DNA of 64,000 bases from a virus, in the IMG/VR virus record IMGVR_UViG_3300046713_000096, positions 1 through 64,000 of that record; one strand, given 5' to 3'. The notes below the pieces were generated by a model. The model had not been told where the DNA came from. It saw only the letters and a list, made by a program, of their open reading frames with translations, and ran no database searches. Both the position numbers and the translations under genes were made by a program. Positions 28,546 through 37,038 of the stretch are shown one piece after another (the first letter of the stretch is position 1; the number at the start of each line of letters is the position of its first letter).

Positions 28546-30390
28546 TTAGTCCTCTCGTGCTGAGCGCCCGTTGAGCGCCCCTTCGATCAGTGTAACGTTG
28601 GCCCTCGCTTCGGCGAAAGCTTCGGCCGGGGCGTCGTCTGGCAAGAGCTCGACGACGCGCTTGCACCATGCCAGCGCCTCGGAATAAAGCCCGAGCTCAC
28701 CACAGACCATCGCCAGCCGCTGCGCTGGCAAGTACGAATAGAACGAGAGGTCGATCCACCACACGGTCACCGGGGGCTCGCCAATCGCCGTTGCCCCGAG
28801 CGTGTAGAATCGGCGCGCCTTCTCGTGGTCCTTCGCAAGGTACGCGATGTCACCCAACCATACGAAGTGTTCCGAACGCGACCAGTCATCCCGCGTGCAC
28901 TCGTGAAGCGCAGCGGAAGCTTCTTTCATGCGACCTTGGATCATGTACTCTTTGGCCAGCACGAGGCGCGCCTGATACTTCTGCACGCCGTTGTTGCTCA
29001 CGACGAGAAACTCTTCGAGCCGTTCGAGCGAGCGAGCGACGTCGAGGTCGCGCCATTCTTGTCCGAGGTAGAACAGGCTGGCCTCTGACTTGCGCGAAAG
29101 CCAGTCATCAAGTAGCGCGCTTCTGTTCTGGGCCTTGCGTTGTTTGGCGCGGGTCGCGCCCCGTTCGGGGTGGCGATCGTGGTACGTCTTGACCTGTGCG
29201 AGGGTCACCGCGAAGGTGCCCTCGGGGAAGTCGAGCACGTTGTGCACCGGGCGACTGAAGCGGATGTCGGATGCGTTCTGAAAGAGCCAAGGAAACGCCC
29301 ACTGCTGACCGTTGCCCTGACGTAAAACGAAGCCGACGCGAGCGGCCTTCGGCATGATCACGTCGAGCGCGCGCAGCACATCGTGTCCCGCGACTACGCG
29401 CTCGTGACCTTCAGTCATGAAGATCCAGTCGCCCGAGCACTGTTCGATGCACTGGTTACGGGCCCATGCGAAGTTGATCCCAGCCTCGCCCATGTACTCT
29501 TTGCACGCGCCCTTGCAGATCTCGCACTCAGCGATCGAGTGCCCATCGGGCGGGCCCATCGGGTCGCGCAGAAAGAACACCTTGTCGGCGTACGCTGCAG
29601 CGACGTCCCACGTGTTGTCAGTCGTGCGCGGATCGATGCCGACGACGAGCTCGTCGGCGAAGCCGCGCAGCGACGCAAGGGTCGGTTCGAGGTCGTGCCC
29701 TTCGTCGCGCACGGGCAGCGTCGCCGAAAGCCGATAGGACTTCTGCGCAAGCGGCCCGCACACCGCGAGCAGGAAGGGTCCGAGCACTTCGATCCGCACG
29801 TCGGCGAAGTGCGCTTGCAGCTCTTGCTTGAGCGATACCGCCGTGAACTTGACCGCGTGCTGTGGCTCTTCGTCCGGACCGAGCCGGTTATTCGGGACGC
29901 TGATCAACGCGCCAGCATGACGCCCCGTGTTATGGGTCATGGCGTCGAGCACGACGTTACGCGTATGCGACGACAAGTGCTCGAAGCACTCGGTCGACAC
30001 GAACAGATCGACGCGCTCGAAGGCGACATACAGGCTGTCGCTTTCGAGGTCGAGGCGCTGCGCGATGGGTCGACGTAGCCCGGCCCCGCGTTGCCGGGCT
30101 AGTTCGAGCGCTACTTCGCTGTTGTCGACGATCGTGACCTCGCCTACTTTGGGCAGGTCGAGCAGCTTTTCGGCAAGCACACCGACGCCGCCCCCGATAT
30201 CCATCACGCGCATGCCGTCGACGCGAACGCCGCCTACGAGCGCCTGCACGCGCGCGTACACACGCGCAAGCGCCTGCGCGCGCCACGTGTCTTCGCCCTC
30301 CCTTTCCCAAAGGTGATCCCACAGATCCGCCGCGTTGTGCCTTCGGGCTTGCTCTTCGTCGCGCTCTTGTTGGGCAATGGCTTCGACCAT
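28546..30390 (-). CDS. SAM-dependent methyltransferase + GT2 glycosyltransferase + TPR fusion
   Basis: VMDIGGGVG, ECFEHL, ISVPN; then LPVRDE, DELVVGID..TTDNT, FAWARN, GDWIF; helical TPR-like C-terminus. Confidence 0.85.
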   Translation of the reverse strand: MVEAIAQQERDEEQARRHNAADLWDHLWEREGEDTWRAQALARVYARVQALVGGVRVDGMRVMDIGGGVGVLAEKLLDLPKVGEVTIVDNSEVALELARQRGAGLRRPIAQRLDLESDSLYVAFERVDLFVSTECFEHLSSHTRNVVLDAMTHNTGRHAGALISVPNNRLGPDEEPQHAVKFTAVSLKQELQAHFADVRIEVLGPFLLAVCGPLAQKSYRLSATLPVRDEGHDLEPTLASLRGFADELVVGIDPRTTDNTWDVAAAYADKVFFLRDPMGPPDGHSIAECEICKGACKEYMGEAGINFAWARNQCIEQCSGDWIFMTEGHERVVAGHDVLRALDVIMPKAARVGFVLRQGNGQQWAFPWLFQNASDIRFSRPVHNVLDFPEGTFAVTLAQVKTYHDRHPERGATRAKQRKAQNRSALLDDWLSRKSEASLFYLGQEWRDLDVARSLERLEEFLVVSNNGVQKYQARLVLAKEYMIQGRMKEASAALHECTRDDWSRSEHFVWLGDIAYLAKDHEKARRFYTLGATAIGEPPVTVWWIDLSFYSYLPAQRLAMVCGELGLYSEALAWCKRVVELLPDDAPAEAFAEARANVTLIEGALNGRSARED

Positions 30391-30417
30391 GATCCCCTCG
30401 CTTCTGTCGCAGGTGGT

Positions 30418-30825
30418 TTACAGAACGTTGTGCCAAAGCGACTTCAGCACCATCGTCACCGTTTCGGCTTCCGCTTTCGCCTTCGCGACGCTCGCGGATT
30501 CCTTCGGCTGGTAGCTAACTACCTGCTCGACCTCGGTCAGCGTGCTGAACTCGAAGGGGCCGGTGTCTTTGCGCGTGTACGCCGCTGCGAAGTAGCGATA
30601 CCGCTGCGACTCTTCGACGTTCGCGCCGTACTGCGAGACGCTGAAGATCACCGACTTCGAAAACACTTCGACCGGGTAGCAATACGAATCCTTCGTCGGC
30701 AGATTCAGCTTCTGCTTGACGTACTTGCAGCCGGCATCACGCACCTTCTGTACGTACGCCCCCAAGCTCTCGCCCGTTGACAGCGCGATGTCCTTCTGAA
30801 CTCTGATCGTTTCTGTCCGTTCCAT
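30418..30825 (-). CDS. hypothetical head-module protein with scaffold-like C-terminus
   Basis: 135 aa with RBS GAGG; ends VLKSLWHNVL. Confidence 0.65.
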   Translation of the reverse strand: MERTETIRVQKDIALSTGESLGAYVQKVRDAGCKYVKQKLNLPTKDSYCYPVEVFSKSVIFSVSQYGANVEESQRYRYFAAAYTRKDTGPFEFSTLTEVEQVVSYQPKESASVAKAKAEAETVTMVLKSLWHNVL

Positions 30826-31237
30826 GTGCCTCTGCTTTCAGTGCGTTGAAGGTTTGCTTGCCAACCTTGGCGAACGTCACGCGCGCAGCGGGTTGCCCCG
30901 CGTGCGCCATCAGCGTCAGCCGATGATCGTCGGCGAACACGGTTATGCGCTCGCCCCCTTTGATCTTGCCGTCGGGCTCGACCCATTCGGCGTGCATGAA
31001 GACACGTCGAGCGTCATCGGGGCGCGTCACCGAGTACTGAACCCCGATGTCGCGCCCCGATGACTCACCACACGCCGTGCACCTCACGCGCACACAGTGA
31101 CGCTCGACAAGCGAGATGCCCTGCATCGTTGCTTGAAACTCGTCGCGCGAGAGTTTGGCTAGCCACATCTTCGCCTGCTTGCTGTCTTGCAGGTCGATGC
31201 TGTGAGTCTGGCCATCGGCTGTGTGGATTTTCAGCAC
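30737..31237 (-). CDS. hypothetical protein with CxxC
   Basis: Probable GTG start at 31237; CTAC motif. Confidence 0.5.
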   Translation of the reverse strand: MLKIHTADGQTHSIDLQDSKQAKMWLAKLSRDEFQATMQGISLVERHCVRVRCTACGESSGRDIGVQYSVTRPDDARRVFMHAEWVEPDGKIKGGERITVFADDHRLTLMAHAGQPAARVTFAKVGKQTFNALKAEAHGTDRNDQSSEGHRAVNGRELGGVRTEGA

Positions 31238-31253
31238 ATCCACCCCGAATAAG

Positions 31254-31577
31254 TTACTTTTCTTCGTCCTCGCCCTGTGCGCCTTCAGGTTGCCCGCCAC
31301 CGAAGGGGGAAGCCGGAATGCCGGGCAAGGTTCTCAGGGGCGTCTCTGCAGCTGGCGCGGGGTCTGTCGGGGCCTCGCTGAGCGGCGCGGGCTTCGCCTT
31401 GCCCACGACGCTGTACTTGATGCCCCTCGACGTCAGGTGCGCCGCCTCGCCGTCGCTCAGAACGTACGTAGCACCGGGGCGAATGTGCAGCGACCCCTCG
31501 ATGGTCCGTTCGACCGTGTCGGGGAAGTCGTCTAGTTGCTGCAGCTGCGCCGTCGGCGAAATGATGATGGTCGGCAT
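31254..31577 (-). CDS. hypothetical protein
   Basis: 107 aa with RBS AAAGGA; Pro-rich C-terminus. Confidence 0.55.
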   Translation of the reverse strand: MPTIIISPTAQLQQLDDFPDTVERTIEGSLHIRPGATYVLSDGEAAHLTSRGIKYSVVGKAKPAPLSEAPTDPAPAAETPLRTLPGIPASPFGGGQPEGAQGEDEEK

Positions 31578-31605
31578 TGGATCCTTTCAGGCTTGAATCG
31601 ATCGG

Positions 31606-32064
31606 TCAGTCTTCGTCGCCGCCACCCTTTTGCGCGTCGAGGATCAGGTCGATGATCTCTTTCTTGCCCGCTTCCGTGGGAACGTCGCGCTTCTTCAGGG
31701 GCAGCTCTTTGTCGCCCTTGATCAGATCGAGCAGGGCTTTCTTCGACATCTTCTTCAGGTCGGCCCGTTCGTAGCCGCCCGTGACCTCGGATGGGCGCAC
31801 GTCTTCTTCGCCCTCGTCTTCGTCGCCACTGCCCGACTCTTCGTCGTGCTCGACGGGTTCTTCGGGCTCTTCTTTGGGCTTGCTGTGAAGCTTGCCCTTC
31901 TTGAGCGTCACCGAGAACCCGGGTTGCGCCTCGTAGTACGAAGCCTCTTCCGGGTTCGTGGTCGTGAAGCTCTCGCCCTTCTTCATCACACGGCCCTGAA
32001 AGCCGGTATGCGTCAGAGGGCCCTTCTTCGATGGTCCGAGTTTGATCGTTGCTTGAAATGCCAT
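31606..32064 (-). CDS. post-capsid protein with C-terminal HeH/Rho-N-like helices
   Basis: LKKMSKKALLDL...KKEIIDLILDAQ; acidic linker; RBS AGGAGG. Confidence 0.6.
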   Translation of the reverse strand: MAFQATIKLGPSKKGPLTHTGFQGRVMKKGESFTTTNPEEASYYEAQPGFSVTLKKGKLHSKPKEEPEEPVEHDEESGSGDEDEGEEDVRPSEVTGGYERADLKKMSKKALLDLIKGDKELPLKKRDVPTEAGKKEIIDLILDAQKGGGDED

Positions 32065-32133
32065 TTCTTGGGCCTCCTATTGGCCAATCAAAACGTGCCT
32101 CGCTTAGTGGCACTGCCACAAGCTAACTACCGA

Positions 32134-33330
32134 TCAGACACCCTTGCCGATGTTTCGCACCTTGACGATCGCGCTCAGCTCTTCGAACTGCACGTCGACC
32201 TTCGAGGTGATGGCGTACTGATTCACGCCTTTGTAGATGTCGCGATCCTTCTCGATTCGAACGTCGCGACCGATGCCCACGACGAAGTTGTTCTGATGCG
32301 TGAGCAGGATTTGCGGGCTCGAACGGTAGGTCACCTTGACGACCTCGCCGCTCGCGATGGCGCCGCCACCGTTGCGCGCGATGGTGCCTGCAGCTGCGTC
32401 GAGTACGTAGTCGGTGGTCAAGATGTACGCTTCGGTTGGCGAGGCACCGAGCTCGTCGACGTGCACCGTGACGTCGGTGATCGCGCTGTTCTTGAGCGCC
32501 ACGACAGTCGTACCAGTCAGCGTCACGTGCTCGACAGTCAGGGGCTCGAACTCCCAAAGGGGCACGGGCACGGCTGTAATCCCGAACGGGCCGGGCATGC
32601 CGCCGCCGCCCTGCGCAGCGTTGTCACCGAGCGAAGTGCCGCGCGTCGCCAACTTTTCGAGGTACAGCTGCCACAGGTCGGGCGAGATGAACCAGCGTAG
32701 CGCGCTACGGTTGCGCCGGAACTTCGTAGGCAACGCGCGGATCGCTTTGCTGAACACCGACAGGCCGATGTTTTGGCCGAGTGCGTCGACCACATTCGCA
32801 CTGTCACCGAGCAATGACCAGCCGTCGGACAGCGCAAGGAACGAATCCTTGATCGCGTCACTCGAACCGCCTTCGAGAATGTCGCTTTGCGGCACAGCCG
32901 GGCCGAGCTTGTTGCCGTTGATGTAGAGATCTTCGAGATCGTTCGCGAGCTGTGTTGCCATCAGGCGAATGATCGTCTCTTCGACGTTGTCGCCTTCGAT
33001 GTTCAGCTCGCGGAAGTTGTCGCCGATCTCGAACGGCACGATCAGCTCGTGCGGGGTGATCGTGATCTTCGACGTGGTGATCCCGCGACGCACTTGCGGA
33101 TCGACGCCCTCGGACTTCGGCATAGCGACGCGCCGACCGACGCCGATTTTGTCGATGTCGAGGTTCTCATTGCGGAACCGCACGATTCGCGCGTTGTCTT
33201 TCAGAACCGTCTCGTCGATCACGTAGTCGAGGAAGCGATCGGACTGCGCATCGTTCAGCTTGCCGCCCGTCGCGAGATTGTCCGCGACGATTGTGGCCTT
33301 CCTGACGAGCTCTTCGTTTGCGATGGTCAT
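32134..33330 (-). CDS. major capsid protein (HK97 fold, XkdG-like)
   Basis: 398 aa; GGKLNDAQSDRFLD, ANDLEDLYINGN, LPTKF, IRIEKD-like C-terminus; follows protease and scaffold. Confidence 0.9.
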   Translation of the reverse strand: MTIANEELVRKATIVADNLATGGKLNDAQSDRFLDYVIDETVLKDNARIVRFRNENLDIDKIGVGRRVAMPKSEGVDPQVRRGITTSKITITPHELIVPFEIGDNFRELNIEGDNVEETIIRLMATQLANDLEDLYINGNKLGPAVPQSDILEGGSSDAIKDSFLALSDGWSLLGDSANVVDALGQNIGLSVFSKAIRALPTKFRRNRSALRWFISPDLWQLYLEKLATRGTSLGDNAAQGGGGMPGPFGITAVPVPLWEFEPLTVEHVTLTGTTVVALKNSAITDVTVHVDELGASPTEAYILTTDYVLDAAAGTIARNGGGAIASGEVVKVTYRSSPQILLTHQNNFVVGIGRDVRIEKDRDIYKGVNQYAITSKVDVQFEELSAIVKVRNIGKGV

Positions 33331-33390
33331 CTTCTTGTCTGTCTCCGTTGAAAGTTGCTTTCGGTTAGCCGTCGTCGTGGGGTTCGCGCG

Positions 33391-34359
33391 CTACAGCACG
33401 CCCTTCCACATGCTGGACTTCTGCACGTTGCTGTCGGTGCCACCTTCGTCGGTGACGCTGTTCGAGCCCGGACGGGCTTTCTCGATCGCTTGCACGCGGT
33501 CGACGAGGCCAGTCACCGCACCGGCCAGCGACTTGATCGTCTTCACGATCTCTTGATCGCTGTCCGACTTCATCGTCGGCACGCTCGGCTTCGTGTTGGG
33601 CTTCGTCAGGTCGTCGATGCCGCTTGCATTGCTGTGCGACGACACGGCCGGCACCTTCGAGTCGGGCGACGTGCCCGGGGCCACCGCTTCGAGAACCAAC
33701 TTCAAGATCTCTTGCGCGTCGGTCAGCGCCTTGATGCGCGCTGGCGTGAACGCAGCGGCCTTCTGCACTGCAGCCGCGAGTGCGGCCATCGTCAACGGTG
33801 CGTCGGCTTCGTCGACGAGCACGGCGCTCTTCTTCGTCTTGGCCGGCTTCTCTTCTTCGTCGTCATCCTCGGGCGCCTTGCCGCCCTTCGGTGGCGGGAA
33901 CGGATTCTTGCCCGCTGCCTTCGCGCTCAGGTCGAAGCCCGCCGCCTTGAGCGACGAGTAAACCTGCTTGCTCATCGCAGCGTCCATGCCGCACTTGGCC
34001 AAGACGGCCTTGAGGCTCTTCGCTGCCTTCTCGGTCGGCGTCTCTGTGTCTTCTTCGTCGTCGTCGCCTTCGCCACCTTCAGCCGGGGGCGCCGGGTGCT
34101 CGCTCTTGTTGGTCACGAGCTGCGTGATCTTGGCGACGATACCGTCGACGTGCGCGAGTGCTTTGGAAACGTCCGACGACTCGTCGGTGTCGTCGCCTTC
34201 GGCTTCGCGCTGTTTCTTTGCTGCAGCTGTTGCGCTCATTTTCTGATCCTCCGTGTCGTTCTTCACGACTAGAAATTCGACTTCGTTAGCGGGGCTGTCG
34301 ACCAAGCTTACTTCTTGAGTGTCGAGCCCAACGAATCTGCGCTTTGCGTCCTTCGGCAT
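33391..34359 (-). CDS. capsid scaffolding protein with N-terminal EVSLVDSPAN motif
   Basis: Start reassigned to ATG 34359 (RBS AAAGGGAAG); acidic low-complexity, coiled coil, ends KSSMWKGVL. Confidence 0.75.
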   Translation of the reverse strand: MPKDAKRRFVGLDTQEVSLVDSPANEVEFLVVKNDTEDQKMSATAAAKKQREAEGDDTDESSDVSKALAHVDGIVAKITQLVTNKSEHPAPPAEGGEGDDDEEDTETPTEKAAKSLKAVLAKCGMDAAMSKQVYSSLKAAGFDLSAKAAGKNPFPPPKGGKAPEDDDEEEKPAKTKKSAVLVDEADAPLTMAALAAAVQKAAAFTPARIKALTDAQEILKLVLEAVAPGTSPDSKVPAVSSHSNASGIDDLTKPNTKPSVPTMKSDSDQEIVKTIKSLAGAVTGLVDRVQAIEKARPGSNSVTDEGGTDSNVQKSSMWKGVL

Positions 34360-34376
34360 GCTTCGCTTCCCTTTTG

Positions 34377-34952
34377 TCACTTCGCGATCGGTACGACCTT
34401 CGCCTTGCCGCCGATCGAGAAGCCCGTGATCTTGCCGGCCTTGACCTTCTTCCAAACCTCAGCGTCGAGAACCTTGACGGTCATGATCCAGCTGCCTTGC
34501 TTGACGGTCTTTGCACCGAGCACGATCCCGTTGGGCGCGATGTACGACTCACACAGCGCGAGCTTTCCCTTCGGGAAAGTGGCGTGTTGCAAGCCGAGCT
34601 TCGTCGACTTGTTGATCCCTGACAGGAAGTCGTAAGCTGCCTGCTTGATGACGTCGGCCGACATGATGTCGCCTTGCGCGTCGACCACTTCCGGTTGCAG
34701 CACGACGCCGCTGACGGTCTGCTCTTCGTCGGCCTTGACGACGATAGCTACCTCGAACCGTTTTTCGACGCGCTTCTGTTTGTCGTCGTCGTCTTCTGCG
34801 TAGCCCTCTGCGTCGTCATCGGCTTCGTTTTCGAAGCCGGCCCGGGGCTTGGCGGTCGACACCGGGGCACCCGAAAGCTGGTTTCGGGCGCCCCGTTTTC
34901 CGCTGCGCTTAGCGAGAAGTGCGATCGACTCGACGTGCTCTTTGATTTCCAC
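34377..34952 (-). CDS. XkdF-like prohead serine protease
   Basis: GVVLQPEVVDAQGD, LQH, ESYIAP, GSW, KITGFSIGG. Confidence 0.88.
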   Translation of the reverse strand: MEIKEHVESIALLAKRSGKRGARNQLSGAPVSTAKPRAGFENEADDDAEGYAEDDDDKQKRVEKRFEVAIVVKADEEQTVSGVVLQPEVVDAQGDIMSADVIKQAAYDFLSGINKSTKLGLQHATFPKGKLALCESYIAPNGIVLGAKTVKQGSWIMTVKVLDAEVWKKVKAGKITGFSIGGKAKVVPIAK

Positions 34953-34996
34953 GCCACGATTTTATCGTGGTGTGGTTCAAGCACTTACGATCGAGG

Positions 34997-35152
34997 TCAG
35001 CGCGTGCGTTTCGTCTTCGGCTTCGTCTTGCCCGACGACATGGGCTTCGACGGTGTGCCGGACACGAGCTTGCCCGCCTTGTCGAACACGAGATCGGGCA
35101 GCTTGTCGGCTGCACTTTCCAGCGTTACGGCGAGATCGACGGGGTCTTTCAT
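34997..35152 (-). CDS. 51-aa ORF translationally coupled to MuF-GNAT (not in the supplied track)
   Basis: ATGA overlap with the MuF stop; MKDPVDLAVTLESAADKLPDLVFDKAGKLVSGTPSKPMSSGKTKPKTKRTR; GC3-rich codons. Confidence 0.55.
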   Translation of the reverse strand: MKDPVDLAVTLESAADKLPDLVFDKAGKLVSGTPSKPMSSGKTKPKTKRTR

Positions 35153-37038
35153 AGCTTCTTGATCCTAGCTGGCGTTTGGGACATTTCAAGGTGCGGCTGC
35201 GCAGCGCCGATGTCGGCGCGGTACTGGATCAAGAAGTCTTTGCCGATCCGCTTCTTGCCAACGACCACGCGCGAAAGATCCTGTGGTGTCTTGACGTTGG
35301 TCATGATTTCCGCCGCGGCTTCAGCACCGACTTCGCGCTTCAGGCGCGCCGTGAACTTGTCGAACACCTTCTTGATCTGCTCGGGGTTCGTCCATTCGAA
35401 ACCCGCTTTCGTCCAAACGTACTTGCCGACCTCTGCAGCTTCGAGCCGCACCTTGTCTACGCCGTGCCTCATGTAAGCGTCGATCTGCGCGTTGAAGATC
35501 TCGCGCCCGATGCCCGCGTTCTGCACCTTCTTGTCGAGGAAGAACGCGGCGTGATGCACGTTCAGCTTGCCGCCGTCGCGCGTGTAGTCGCGCCCGAATG
35601 TGCCGACGACGTTGTTCTTCTTGTCCATGATGCCGGCACCGATCGTCACGCGCCCGTGCTTCTCGCTCTCGCGCACCGTCACGACCATCCGATGATCGGG
35701 CGGTAGCTTCGCCTTCAGCCCTGCGAGATCTTCGATTTCGGCGTCTGTGAGCCGTTTGCCGAACACCTTTTCGCCAATATCTCCCAAGCGCGTCGAGGGC
35801 ACGCGAGGCTTCTTCGCCTCGGGCGGTATCGGGGGCGGTGCCTTCGGCGTCTTCGGCGCCTTCGGGGCAGCGTCTGGCGTCTGTGGCGTCTGCTTGGGTG
35901 CTGCAGCGCGCGGCGTCTTCTTCGGCTCGGCCTCGGGCGCTTCTGGCGCAAGGCGATCGAACGACATCGACTCGGTCGACACGTCGACCGTCGAGCGACA
36001 CCGGAAGTGGTAGGGCGGAAGTGCTAAACCTGCTTTCGCGAGGCCCTTCGTTCCGCCCTTCGAGAAGATCGCGCTGACCTTTTCGGCGCCAAGCCAGGGG
36101 TGCGCGCTCTTCACGTCCGCGGGTGTCTTCGCTGCAGACGTCCGAGCGATCTGATCGTTCGCTTGTTTGACCTCGAACACCTTGCCGTTCATCGTTCGAC
36201 AGATCGGCGTCGTCCGTTCGTCCATCGGATTGACGATTTCGTACTTCGTGATCCCGATGTCGCTGAACGATCGTATCTGTCCGCGCACGCGCGCGTTGGT
36301 CGAGACGTTTGCCGCGATGCCTTCGAAATATTTCGCGTCCGAGCCGCTGAAACCTTCGGGCACAACGACCTTGCCGAGCGTTCCGGCCACAGCGTCGCGC
36401 ACGACGACGCCCGCTTTGTCGTGGCCGATGCCCTTGATCATGCCGGGCTCGACCGCTTGCCTCACTGCATCGCGCAGATTCGCGCCGTAGTGCCGCCCGA
36501 TCCACAGCATTTGATCGGCCTGCAGGTCGGCGACTGCTTTTTCGTCACCGAGATCGAAGCTCGGCAAAACTTCGGCGACCTTGCGCGCTTTGGCTACCGA
36601 CTCGTCGCCCGCTTCCAACGACTCGGTGAGATTGGGCACGATGTACTGCAGCGACGCCTTCGTTTTGCCCGTGCCCTTCTTCCACCCCGCTTTTCGGGCC
36701 AAATAATAGACGTTTTCGAGGTCCTTTTTTGCACGTGACTCAACCTCGCTTGCCCATTTCCCCATCACTTTGTCGACCGCTGCGTATGCTGTCGCGAGGT
36801 TTCCCCCGCCCGACACCACTGCGCCGGCACGAGCGGCCGCTTCCTTCGCCCGATTGCGCCACTTGCCGAGCAAGTAGTCGCGCATTCGCATCTCAGTGCG
36901 TGCGATCTGCGCGACGTCGCTGATCATCAGCGCCTTTGCGATTGAAACATCGCTCAGCCTGATGACGTCGTGCAAGACGTCGAGCCGCTGCGCGCAGCAC
37001 TCGCACGCGAGCTCGTGTTGCAGCGCCGCGAGTCTCAT
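35149..37038 (-). CDS. MuF/SPP1 gp7-like minor head protein with C-terminal GNAT-like domain
   Basis: DERTTPICRTMNGKVF and LPPYHFRCRS MuF motifs; Pro/Ala/Lys linker; QNAGIG...VWTKAGF acetyl-CoA-binding signature; start reassigned to ATG 37038. Confidence 0.85.
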   Translation of the reverse strand: MRLAALQHELACECCAQRLDVLHDVIRLSDVSIAKALMISDVAQIARTEMRMRDYLLGKWRNRAKEAAARAGAVVSGGGNLATAYAAVDKVMGKWASEVESRAKKDLENVYYLARKAGWKKGTGKTKASLQYIVPNLTESLEAGDESVAKARKVAEVLPSFDLGDEKAVADLQADQMLWIGRHYGANLRDAVRQAVEPGMIKGIGHDKAGVVVRDAVAGTLGKVVVPEGFSGSDAKYFEGIAANVSTNARVRGQIRSFSDIGITKYEIVNPMDERTTPICRTMNGKVFEVKQANDQIARTSAAKTPADVKSAHPWLGAEKVSAIFSKGGTKGLAKAGLALPPYHFRCRSTVDVSTESMSFDRLAPEAPEAEPKKTPRAAAPKQTPQTPDAAPKAPKTPKAPPPIPPEAKKPRVPSTRLGDIGEKVFGKRLTDAEIEDLAGLKAKLPPDHRMVVTVRESEKHGRVTIGAGIMDKKNNVVGTFGRDYTRDGGKLNVHHAAFFLDKKVQNAGIGREIFNAQIDAYMRHGVDKVRLEAAEVGKYVWTKAGFEWTNPEQIKKVFDKFTARLKREVGAEAAAEIMTNVKTPQDLSRVVVGKKRIGKDFLIQYRADIGAAQPHLEMSQTPARIKKL

